From contig JAJDZR010000290.1 of assembly GCA_022824545.1 (NCBI GenBank), positions 1 to 52,150 of the forward strand: a stretch of DNA of 52,150 bases. Direction: 5' to 3'. The notes beneath the pieces were generated by a model that worked only from the letters and a program-made list of their open reading frames with translations, had not been told where the DNA came from and ran no database searches. This document shows, one piece after another, positions 16,744-24,848 of the stretch. How positions within the stretch are numbered: position 1 is the stretch's first letter; every line of letters begins with the position of its first letter. This DNA comes from Chloroflexota bacterium. Its GTDB lineage: Bacteria; Chloroflexota; UBA11872; UBA12225; JAJDUF01. A program made the translations under genes and the position numbers.

Positions 16744-18396
16744 CTACGTTTCTAACGCTGGCGGCCGCGCGGCGATAGCTTCCAGCGCCTGCACAGCTGC
16801 CGTGTCGCCCCGGCGGTCGAAGACCTCGCGGTAAAGCTCTAGGTGCAGCTCGGCGACACGCTCCCAGCCGTGCCACCGCTCGACCCACGCCCGTGACTGG
16901 GCGCCGACGGCCGCGCGTCGCTCGGCGCTCCCGGCGAGCGCCACTAACCGCCCATAGATCTCCGGCGTGGTGAGCGCGGACTGAAGGGGGGGATTCTCCT
17001 CCAAGCACCACTCGTGGACCTGTGGGTTGAAGTACATGATGACGGGCCGGGCGCAAGCCATCGCCTCCACCGTCACCGTGCCGAAGCTCCCGACGGCATC
17101 GTGAAACTGATCGAGCACAATATCGGCAGCGCGGTAGTACTCCAGCAGGCGCATTTTGTGCATCGGGTGACGCCAGACCACCCGCCCCTCGATGCCAAGC
17201 TCCCGACAAAGCTGCTTACTGGCCCGCACGTCAGTACCCCACTCGGTAAGCACGAGTGCCGCCGCCGGCAATCCCGCCGGCTCGGCCTCGCGCACATAGC
17301 GGCCAAAGGCGCGGATCACGCGGTCGCTGCGCTTGCTGTCCGACCCATTGCTCCACTCGTGGCGGCTGGGGCAGAAAAAGATCAACGGGACCCGGAGTTC
17401 GCGGCGCAGTTCATCGGCGAGAGGTGTCTCGCCGGGGCAGTATTTCGTCTCGTCCACCGGATGCGGAATGAACCGATAGTGCCGCAGCCCCAGACGCTTT
17501 GCGGAGCTAACCACGTCCGGGTTGGTGATGATGCAGGCCTCGGCCAGTTGGTAGCCGATCGCCAGCAGCCGCCCTTGCAGCGTGTCCTCGAAAGGCAGTG
17601 TCCGCATGGTCCCGTGCTCGAAGGCAATGTATGGGCGATCCGGTGGCAGCAACGCGGCCTTGGTCACTTCCGGCCCGTAGAGCACGGTGAGATCGTAGTC
17701 CTGGACCAGCGGCCGGAACGAGCGCCAGCAAACCAGATCGGTATAGTCGAGGGAGCGCAGACGACGACCAAGCCGCGCGATATGCGAATCAACGCTGATC
17801 TCGCGCATATCGGCGCGCATCTCCCGCAGCCGGTCATTTAACAGCAACCCCGTCTGTACCCGCCATGCCCACACGTAGTTCATGGCTAGGCGCGCCAACC
17901 GCAGAACATATAGTTCAAGCCGCTCCGAGGTGTTCGGCTGACCCTGACGGGCGAGGGTAGCGTATCTATGGCCAGCGGACCTGATAAGCCGCCGGGGCGT
18001 CATCGCGAGCGACACCTCTTGGCCGGCGCCGCCGCCATTGCCCGGCACCGCCGTCCACACCCGACCCGTATCGAGGAGCTGACCGGAGAGGCCGCTGTGG
18101 CTACTCGCCTCGTCATAGGTTGCATAGCCGTAAGGGCACCGGCGGCCGCTGAGGTATTTGGCCCAGGATGGGCGCAGATAGCCATTGGTGAACGGCACCG
18201 CCCGCCAGTCGGGCGGCTGAAAGAGGCTGAGGCGGGCATCGAAGTCGGCGTCCTCCCATTCGGGATGGCCAAAGACGAACTCGAAAGGGTAGTTGTACGA
18301 ATCTGCTGCCAGTCCTAGACGCCGCTGGAACTTGGCGTTGCTATAGGCATTGTTGGCGATGTTGCCCACGTGAGCGATACGCGGCGAGCTGGTCAT
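16744..18396 (-). CDS. GT-B fold glycosyltransferase (group 1/GT4-like) with enlarged N-terminal domain
   Basis: I trimmed the ORF-track frame 16744..18729 to ATG 18396 (MTSSPRIAHVGN...), which overlaps the upstream stop as ATGA. The C-terminal half has a typical GT1 motif (GSFGTVTVEAMACARPVI). Confidence 0.75.
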   Translation of the reverse strand: MTSSPRIAHVGNIANNAYSNAKFQRRLGLAADSYNYPFEFVFGHPEWEDADFDARLSLFQPPDWRAVPFTNGYLRPSWAKYLSGRRCPYGYATYDEASSHSGLSGQLLDTGRVWTAVPGNGGGAGQEVSLAMTPRRLIRSAGHRYATLARQGQPNTSERLELYVLRLARLAMNYVWAWRVQTGLLLNDRLREMRADMREISVDSHIARLGRRLRSLDYTDLVCWRSFRPLVQDYDLTVLYGPEVTKAALLPPDRPYIAFEHGTMRTLPFEDTLQGRLLAIGYQLAEACIITNPDVVSSAKRLGLRHYRFIPHPVDETKYCPGETPLADELRRELRVPLIFFCPSRHEWSNGSDSKRSDRVIRAFGRYVREAEPAGLPAAALVLTEWGTDVRASKQLCRELGIEGRVVWRHPMHKMRLLEYYRAADIVLDQFHDAVGSFGTVTVEAMACARPVIMYFNPQVHEWCLEENPPLQSALTTPEIYGRLVALAGSAERRAAVGAQSRAWVERWHGWERVAELHLELYREVFDRRGDTAAVQALEAIAARPPALET

Positions 18397-19271
18397 GAGC
18401 GTCCTTCTTCTACTCCAGACTGGACGAGCGGCTTCGTGCCCCGCATATGGACTGCGCCGCCGCATTCGCCATTGGCCCACACCACTTTCGGATCGGTGTA
18501 GCGCACCGGATGGGTGAGCGTGATGTCCACGAAGCCGGCATCGCCAAACCACTCCCGGACCTCGCGCCAGGTATGGACATGGTTCCAACGCGGGGAGTAA
18601 GCATCGTAGGCATCGAACTGCATCGCTGCGAGGTCGTACTGGGCGGAGGTCTGGGTCCCATCGTAAACCTTGAGCAAGTGTTGGAGGTAGAAAACGAGCT
18701 CCGAGTTCTTGATAATCAGATACTTGCACACATGGTAGCGCTGCTCTTCAGGGAGTTGGCGGAGCACCAGCCGCAGTGCATCCGTCAACAGGTGCTTGGC
18801 ACGGTTGGTCCATTCGTAGACCATGACGTACAGCACGCCACCTGGCCGCACCAGCGGCACCAGGCGCTCGAAGCTGCGCAGCGTATTCGGTGTATGATGC
18901 AGCACCCCCCAGGCCATAACGAAATCGAATGACTCAGGCGGTAGCGGCAGGCTACCAACGTTGGCCTGGACGACATGCCCCGCAGCGTATGGCTCTAGCA
19001 CCCGACGGGTAGCGTGACACCCGGCCGCCGTGAGGTCGAGCGCCGTCACGTGGGCACCTAGCTCGGCGAGCGCGTAGCTCCATCGTCCGGTACCGCAGCC
19101 GACGTCAAGGGCATCCTTGCCGGGAAACCATGTCGCCGGCAGCTGCACATCGCCAAGGAGCTGAGTGACGAGGCCTGGCTGGATATCGAGCAGGCGCGAT
19201 TCGCGGGCGCGGCGGTGCTCATAGTCGAACACGCGCTGCACGTGACGCTCCCCGCTTGTCAACGTAGACAT
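18393..19271 (-). CDS. Class I SAM-dependent methyltransferase (copy 1)
   Basis: 292 aa. Motif I is DVGCGTGRWSYALAELG and the post-I region is VTALDL. An AAGGA RBS is present. Confidence 0.85.
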   Translation of the reverse strand: MSTLTSGERHVQRVFDYEHRRARESRLLDIQPGLVTQLLGDVQLPATWFPGKDALDVGCGTGRWSYALAELGAHVTALDLTAAGCHATRRVLEPYAAGHVVQANVGSLPLPPESFDFVMAWGVLHHTPNTLRSFERLVPLVRPGGVLYVMVYEWTNRAKHLLTDALRLVLRQLPEEQRYHVCKYLIIKNSELVFYLQHLLKVYDGTQTSAQYDLAAMQFDAYDAYSPRWNHVHTWREVREWFGDAGFVDITLTHPVRYTDPKVVWANGECGGAVHMRGTKPLVQSGVEEGRS

Positions 19272-19292
19272 GGGACTAATCCTTGTTATTTT

Positions 19293-20171
19293 TCACACGT
19301 TGCCGACATGGGCGATATGCGGTTCGGCGGTCATCGTGCCGCGCATATGGACCACGCCGCCACAATCGCCCTTGACCCACACCACTCTCGGATCGGTATA
19401 GCGCACTGGATGGGTAAGCGTGATGTCCACGAAGCCGGCATCGCTAAACCACTCCCGGACCTCGTGCTGGGTGTGGACGTGGTTCCAGCGCGGGGAGTAA
19501 GCATCGTAGGCATCGAACTGCATCGCTGCGAGGTCGTAATGGGCGGTAGCCTTGGTTCCATTGTAGACTTTGAGCCAAGGGTGGAGGCAGACGGCGAGCC
19601 ACGAGTTCTTGATGATGAGATACTTGCATAGGCGGTAGCGCTGCTCGTCAGAAAACTGACGCAGCACCAGCCGCAGCGCATCCGTCAATAGATGCCTAGC
19701 GCGGTTGGTCCATTCGTAGACCATGACGTACAGCACGCCACCCGGTCGCACCAGCGGCACCAGCCGCTCGAAGCTATGCCGAGTGTTTGGTGTATGGTGC
19801 AGCACTCCCCAAGCCATGACGAAGTCGAATGACTCAGGCGGGAGTGGCAGGCTCCCAACACTGGCTTGGACGACGTGCCCCGCAGCGTATGGCTCCAGCA
19901 CCCGACGGGTAGCGCGACACCCGGCCGCCGTGAGGTCGAGCGCTGTCACGCGGGTACCTAGCTCGGCGAGCGCGTAGCTCCATCGTCCGGTACCGCAGCC
20001 GACGTCAAGGGCATCTTTGCCGGGAAACCATGTCGCGGGTAGCTGCACGTCGTCGAGGAACTGAGTGATAAGGTGTGGCTGGATGTCGAGCAGGCGCGAT
20101 TCGCGGGCACGGCGGTGCTCGTAGTCGAACACGCGCTGCGTGTGGTGCTCACCGCTGGTCAGCGTAGACAT
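19293..20171 (-). CDS. Class I SAM-dependent methyltransferase (copy 2, tandem paralog)
   Basis: It aligns without gaps to copy 1 over about 272 aa, with about 37 substitutions by eye. I set the start at ATG 20171 (MSTLTSGE), matching copy 1. The ATG at 20180 lies inside the RBS. The C-terminal 13 aa derive from a glycosyltransferase 5' fragment. Confidence 0.8.
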   Translation of the reverse strand: MSTLTSGEHHTQRVFDYEHRRARESRLLDIQPHLITQFLDDVQLPATWFPGKDALDVGCGTGRWSYALAELGTRVTALDLTAAGCRATRRVLEPYAAGHVVQASVGSLPLPPESFDFVMAWGVLHHTPNTRHSFERLVPLVRPGGVLYVMVYEWTNRARHLLTDALRLVLRQFSDEQRYRLCKYLIIKNSWLAVCLHPWLKVYNGTKATAHYDLAAMQFDAYDAYSPRWNHVHTQHEVREWFSDAGFVDITLTHPVRYTDPRVVWVKGDCGGVVHMRGTMTAEPHIAHVGNV

Positions 20172-20261
20172 GGGACTCATCCTTGCTGTGGAGGCCCGGG
20201 GCCGAGGATGACTCGCCGGTGGTCCCGTACCATCTGCTACTCAATGCTATACTGCGCTGCC

Positions 20262-21098
20262 ATGACCTGGCAATATCTGGGAGAGCGCCCGGACGAGCGC
20301 CCGCTGCTCGTGCGCTTGGTTGGCGTTGCCCGGCACCTCCAGGCGTGGCGAGCCATCGCGGAGCGCGAGTTGCGCTTGCGCTACGTCGGCTCGACGCTCG
20401 GCTTGGCTTGGGCAGTGGTCCATCCGCTGCTATTCGTCGCCGCGTACACCTTCATCTTTGCGTTTGTCTTCCGGGCACGCCTCGCGCCCGATGCACCCCG
20501 CGACCAGTATGCACTGTACGTCGTGCTTGGTCTCCTGCCTTGGGTAGCAGTGACGGATGTCGCCACGCGCGCGACCGAGGCGATGGCGAGCCACCGGTCG
20601 CTCGTGAAGCACGTGCGCTTTCCCTTGGAGGTGGTCCCGCTGTATTCGCTGGCAGCCAGTCTACTCTCGCTGCTCATTGGACTACTCGTGCTCTTGCCGG
20701 TACTGGCGTGGCGCCAAGGCGGGCTGCCGTGGGGTGCAGTCGGGCTGCCGCTGATCTTGTTGGCACAGATCGCCTTCACCGTCGGGTTAGCGTGGCTGCT
20801 GGGGGCCGTGGGTGCCTTTCTCCGCGATATCAAAGAGCTGGTCCAGATCACCTTCATGGTTGGGATGTTCCTGACCCCCATCTTTTATGTAGAGTCCGTG
20901 CTGCCGGACCTGCTCCGCCCCATCATCTGGCTGAACCCCCTCGCCCACCTCGCCACGCTCTACCGCGGTGCGCTGCTGACCGGGATGCCGTTCAGTGTCT
21001 TGCCGGTCGCGGCCTTTGGCCTGGCGGCCCTCGTCATCTTGGTCGGAGGGTTTGCAGTCTTTGACCGTGCGCGACGGTTACTCGCGGACATTCTGTAG
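20262..21098 (+). CDS. ABC-2 type polysaccharide/teichoic-acid export permease (Wzm/TagG-like)
   Basis: I trimmed the ORF-track frame 20073..21098 to ATG 20262 (MTWQYLGE...). The protein is 278 aa with six predicted TM segments and an ELRLRYVGSTLG ABC-2 N-terminal motif. Confidence 0.8.
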   Translation: MTWQYLGERPDERPLLVRLVGVARHLQAWRAIAERELRLRYVGSTLGLAWAVVHPLLFVAAYTFIFAFVFRARLAPDAPRDQYALYVVLGLLPWVAVTDVATRATEAMASHRSLVKHVRFPLEVVPLYSLAASLLSLLIGLLVLLPVLAWRQGGLPWGAVGLPLILLAQIAFTVGLAWLLGAVGAFLRDIKELVQITFMVGMFLTPIFYVESVLPDLLRPIIWLNPLAHLATLYRGALLTGMPFSVLPVAAFGLAALVILVGGFAVFDRARRLLADIL

Positions 21099-21127
21099 GG
21101 ACGCCACATGTGTAGGGGCGAAAAAGG

Positions 21128-21157
21128 TGTAGAGGCGCAACATGTTGCGCCTCTACA
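21128..21157. repeat. 30-bp perfect palindrome TGTAGAGGCGCAACA|TGTTGCGCCTCTACA (family F)
   Basis: I checked it base by base. It lies between the wzm-like stop (21098) and the preferred wzt-like start (21195). Confidence 0.85.
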
Positions 21158-21194
21158 GGAGACAGCACCACCGGCGCAGCCCGACCGGCCAGTG

Positions 21195-22436
21195 ATGATC
21201 TCGGTCCGGCAAGCGGGCAAGGTCTATAAGGTCTACGCGCGGCAGGAGGACCGCCTATGGGAATTGGTGCGGCGGCGGTCGCTACACCAGCAGCGCTGGG
21301 CCGTGCGTGATGTCGCCTTCGACATCCATGCTGGTGAAGTCATCGGTATCATCGGCCGGAACGGCGCGGGAAAAACGACCCTCCTGCGCCTCATCTCCGG
21401 CGTAGCTCCGCTCGACGCCGGCACGATCCAAGTTAACGCCTCGCTCCGGACTATTCTGGAGCTAGGTACGGGCTTCCACCCGGAGTTCACCGGCCGCGAG
21501 AACGTCTATCTAGGTGGTGCCCTGCTTGGCCTCAGCCGGCGCGACATTGACGCGCGATTCGACGAGATCGCTGCCTTTGCGGAGCTTGGCGACTACCTGG
21601 AGTTCCCGTTCAAGACCTACTCGCTGGGGATGCAGGCCCGGCTGACCTTCTCGCTGGCGATCTCGGTCGAGGCCGATATTCTGATCGTTGATGAGGCACT
21701 CTCCGCTGGCGATAGCTACTTCCTGGCCAAATGCTTCGACCGCATTCGCACCATCTGCGAGAGCGGCAAGACGGTCCTGTTTGTATCGCACAATCTTTCG
21801 CTCATCCAGCGCCTTTGCACCCGCGTCCTCTGGCTGGATGCTGGGCAACTCATCGCCGACGGCGCGCCGCTAGAGGTCTGCTCGCAGTACGAGGCCTCGG
21901 TGCGCCAGCAGGAAGCCGAGCGGCTGGCTCAGGAGGATAGCACCGAACCTCTCGGCGACGGCCGCCGCTACGGTACTCAGGAAGCCCGAATTGAGAGAGT
22001 CGAAATCATCGGATCGCAGGGGAAACCAACGCAGCTACTCACCAGCAACGAACTGGCCTCCATTCGGCTCTACTACGCGAGCCACGCCGCCTACGATGAT
22101 CTCGTGGCAGTCGTGACCATCACGCGTGTGGATGGCGTGGTGGCCTGTAGCCTGACGAGCGACGAACAGGGCTTTCCCACGTTGGATTTGCAGGGATACG
22201 GTTGTATGGAGATTACGCTTGATCCGGTGTTGCTCGGCCCCGGCGAGTATTATCTCTCGCCACATATCTACCGCGATCACCCGCTCCCGCGACGCGATGA
22301 CGTGATGGACTATCATGACCGCCTGTATCGTGTGCGGGTCGTGCGGTCCGGCCGGGACTATGACGTGGCCATGGAGCAGCCGGCCCGCTGGCGGCTGCTC
22401 CCCTGGGACGGAGCGCCGCCCGCCGGCAGTGCCTAG
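21195..22436 (+). CDS. ABC exporter ATP-binding protein (Wzt/TagH-like) with C-terminal extra domain
   Basis: Walker A is GRNGAGKTT, the signature is YSLGMQARL and Walker B is ILIVDEAL. About 160 aa of beta-rich C-terminal extension follow. I preferred the start at ATG 21195 (MISVRQAGKVY). The ORF-track start at 21108 would translate a 30-bp palindrome. Confidence 0.8.
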   Translation: MISVRQAGKVYKVYARQEDRLWELVRRRSLHQQRWAVRDVAFDIHAGEVIGIIGRNGAGKTTLLRLISGVAPLDAGTIQVNASLRTILELGTGFHPEFTGRENVYLGGALLGLSRRDIDARFDEIAAFAELGDYLEFPFKTYSLGMQARLTFSLAISVEADILIVDEALSAGDSYFLAKCFDRIRTICESGKTVLFVSHNLSLIQRLCTRVLWLDAGQLIADGAPLEVCSQYEASVRQQEAERLAQEDSTEPLGDGRRYGTQEARIERVEIIGSQGKPTQLLTSNELASIRLYYASHAAYDDLVAVVTITRVDGVVACSLTSDEQGFPTLDLQGYGCMEITLDPVLLGPGEYYLSPHIYRDHPLPRRDDVMDYHDRLYRVRVVRSGRDYDVAMEQPARWRLLPWDGAPPAGSA

Positions 22437-22507
22437 CACCAAGTTGGCCCATAGACACCCTATAGGGATTTGGAAGCCGATCAGAGGCAGGATACGTTGT
22501 AGATATT

Positions 22508-23623
22508 ATGACGAAGAAATCCGGCGTGCCACAGGTCGCCGTCGTCGGCTCCGGCTATTGGGGGCCTAATCTTACCCGTAACTTCGCCGAGCTACCCGGC
22601 CGTCCCTTGGCCGCCGTGTGCGATCTGCGACCGGACCGCGTGCAGGCCATGCAGCAGCGCTATCCGTGGATACAACCGTTCACGTCTCTCAATGCGCTAC
22701 TGGCCGCTCCCGGTATTGACGCGGTGGCTATCGCCACCCCGGCAGAAACCCACCACGCTCTGGCACGGCAAGCACTGCTGGCCGGCAAGCACGTGCTGGT
22801 GGAAAAGCCGCTGGCGACGTCGCCCGCCGAGTGTGCCGAGCTGGTGGAGCTGGCCCACCGGCAGGGACTGACCCTGATGGTCGGGCACACCTTTCTGTAT
22901 AACCCCGGCCTGCGCTATATTCGCCGCTTGATTACGAGCGGCGAGCTAGGTGACCTGCTCTACGTCACCTCGCGGCGCCTGAACCTGGGGCAGGTGCGTC
23001 AGGATGTCAACGTCGTGTGGAACCTGGCCCCCCACGACATCGCCATCATTCTGCACCTGCTCGGGCAGCGGCCCACGCGCGTGATCGCGCAAGGTCTGCA
23101 CCTGCTCCGCAGCACCATCGCAGACGTGGCCTTCTTGCACTTCGAGTTCGCGGCTGGATCGGGGGCCGCTGGCCCACCGGCAGCGCAGGTCCACGTCAGT
23201 TGGCTCGATCCGCGCAAGGTGCGCGAGGTCGTCGTGGTCGGAACCCGCAAGATGGTGGTCTTCGACGACGTGAACCTCGACCAGCAAGTACAGGTCTACG
23301 ACAAAGGCGTCGAGTGGGTCGGACCGGATGGGAACGGCCGGCCGGCCGGCCGCTGGGATCAGTTCGAGAGTTATGGTGAGTATCAACTGTTGATGCGTAG
23401 TGGCGATCTTGTGGTGCCGCGGATCCGGCAGGCCGAGCCGCTGCGGGAGGAGACGGCGCATTTCCTCGATTGCATTCGCCAGGGGTCCCAACCGTTGAGC
23501 GACGGCATCAATGGCTGGGAGGTCGTCAAGGTGCTGGCGGCGGCTTCCGCCAGCATGGCCGCCGGTGGCGCCGCCAGCACGCTCGACTGGAGCGACGAGC
23601 CGACGTCAGTGGTGAGTGGCTAG
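22508..23623 (+). CDS. Gfo/Idh/MocA family NAD-dependent oxidoreductase (nucleotide-sugar dehydrogenase-like)
   Basis: 371 aa. It has the Rossmann motif VAVVGSGYWG and an EKPLA motif. Confidence 0.85.
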   Translation: MTKKSGVPQVAVVGSGYWGPNLTRNFAELPGRPLAAVCDLRPDRVQAMQQRYPWIQPFTSLNALLAAPGIDAVAIATPAETHHALARQALLAGKHVLVEKPLATSPAECAELVELAHRQGLTLMVGHTFLYNPGLRYIRRLITSGELGDLLYVTSRRLNLGQVRQDVNVVWNLAPHDIAIILHLLGQRPTRVIAQGLHLLRSTIADVAFLHFEFAAGSGAAGPPAAQVHVSWLDPRKVREVVVVGTRKMVVFDDVNLDQQVQVYDKGVEWVGPDGNGRPAGRWDQFESYGEYQLLMRSGDLVVPRIRQAEPLREETAHFLDCIRQGSQPLSDGINGWEVVKVLAAASASMAAGGAASTLDWSDEPTSVVSG

Positions 23624-23661
23624 TAGCGAGTGGCGAGTTTGGGGCAGAGAAGGATCATCAC

Positions 23662-24327
23662 GTGGCTGATACTCCGCAGACGACATTCCGGCTGTATCCG
23701 GCCGTATACCTGGGCGCCGGCTGCACCATTGGCGATTTCGTCATCATCGGCGAGCCGCCGCAAGGCGCCGCCCCGGGGGCGCTCGCCACGTATATCGGAC
23801 CAGCAGCCACGATCCGGTCCCACACCGTCATCTATGCCGGTAACACCATTGGCAGTGGCTTTCAGACCGGCCATGGCGCACTGCTCCGCGAGAGCAATAT
23901 CATCGGCGATGCCGTCTCCGTCGGCAGCCATAGCGTGATCGAGCATCACGTGGTCATCGAGGATGGGGTCCGCATCCACTCGCAAGCGTTCGTGCCGGAA
24001 TACACCATCCTCAAGACCGGCTGTTGGATTGGTCCGCGTGTCGTGCTGACGAACGCTCCCCATCCGCGCTGCCCGGAGATTTCCCGCTGTATCAAGGGGC
24101 CAACCATCGAGCCGGGGGCGAAGATCGGCGCCAACGCGACCGTACTGCCGGCAATCACGATTGGACGCAACGCGGTCGTCGGCGCCGGCGCGGTGGTCAC
24201 GCAGGACGTGCCGCCGGAGACGGTCGTGGTCGGCAATCCCGCCCGCGCCGTCAAGGGCATCAGCGCCCTGACCTGCCCCTACGATTTCATCGCCGGCCCC
24301 TATGCACACTTGCCAAGCAGCGGCTAA
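23662..24327 (+). CDS. Left-handed beta-helix (hexapeptide repeat) acyl/acetyltransferase
   Basis: GTG 23662 lies in the ORF-track frame 23470..24327 and has an AGAAGGA RBS. The sequence shows repeated [LIV]G-x4 hexapeptides and NPARAV near the C-terminus. Confidence 0.8.
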   Translation: MADTPQTTFRLYPAVYLGAGCTIGDFVIIGEPPQGAAPGALATYIGPAATIRSHTVIYAGNTIGSGFQTGHGALLRESNIIGDAVSVGSHSVIEHHVVIEDGVRIHSQAFVPEYTILKTGCWIGPRVVLTNAPHPRCPEISRCIKGPTIEPGAKIGANATVLPAITIGRNAVVGAGAVVTQDVPPETVVVGNPARAVKGISALTCPYDFIAGPYAHLPSSG

Positions 24328-24405
24328 CCCCCCACCGGCAGCCCGATGGACACATCGTCCGGTTGCCGCTTCCCGCTGCTCATCCAAGTGCATCAGGAGG
24401 TAGTC

Positions 24406-24639
24406 ATGAAAAAGTGGCTGAGGCGCATCCGCGGTCCGGTCGGGATGGTCCTGACCTGGACGGCCGCAGGGGCGCTCGTTGGTGCGCTCATAGAATTGGG
24501 CAATGACGCCGTGTCCGGTGGTCTTCCAATGGGGTCGCTCGTTGATGTCTGGCCACCAGTGCTGGCGCTAGCCGGCTTCCTCGGCGGTGTGCTCTATGCC
24601 GCGGTGCGTGGGTTTGCCGGGCGCCGTCGCACCCAATGA
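24406..24639 (+). CDS. Small membrane protein, two predicted TM helices (hypothetical)
   Basis: ATG 24406 is preceded by CAGGAGG. Two hydrophobic stretches are present (GMVLTWTAAGALVGALI and VWPPVLALAGFLGGVLYAAV). Confidence 0.45.
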   Translation: MKKWLRRIRGPVGMVLTWTAAGALVGALIELGNDAVSGGLPMGSLVDVWPPVLALAGFLGGVLYAAVRGFAGRRRTQ

Positions 24640-24706
24640 CTGCCGCGTCCCCGCTTCGCCCCCCGCCCCCCGCTGCACGCTGACTGGGGGAGGTACTGGC
24701 CAAGCC

Positions 24707-24730
24707 GTAGGGGCGCAACATGTTGCACCC
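24707..24730. repeat. Family F related copy (GTAGGGGCGCAACATGTTGCACCC)
   Basis: It shares the GGCGCAACATGTTGC core with 21128-21157. Confidence 0.6.
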
Positions 24731-24764
24731 GTCCCCCCGTCCCGACGGGGGGACCATAGGGGGC
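24731..24764. repeat. Family B element
   Basis: The sequence is gtccccccgtcccgacggggggaccatagggggc. Confidence 0.7.
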
Positions 24765-24848
24765 ACTCACCCACCCCGACACATCCCCCATCCTGTCCAT
24801 CCATGTGAATACCTACCCCCGTCAGGGTGGGGGTGAGGTCAAGCACGC

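Noticed and set aside
21108-21194. Upstream ATG 21108 as the start of the Wzt-like ATPase
   Set aside because: It would translate the 30-bp perfect palindrome and add 29 residues not typical of Wzt/TagH N-termini. ATG 21195 gives the usual short N-terminus before the first beta-strand (ISVRQAGKVY). It remains possible because neither start has a strong SD.
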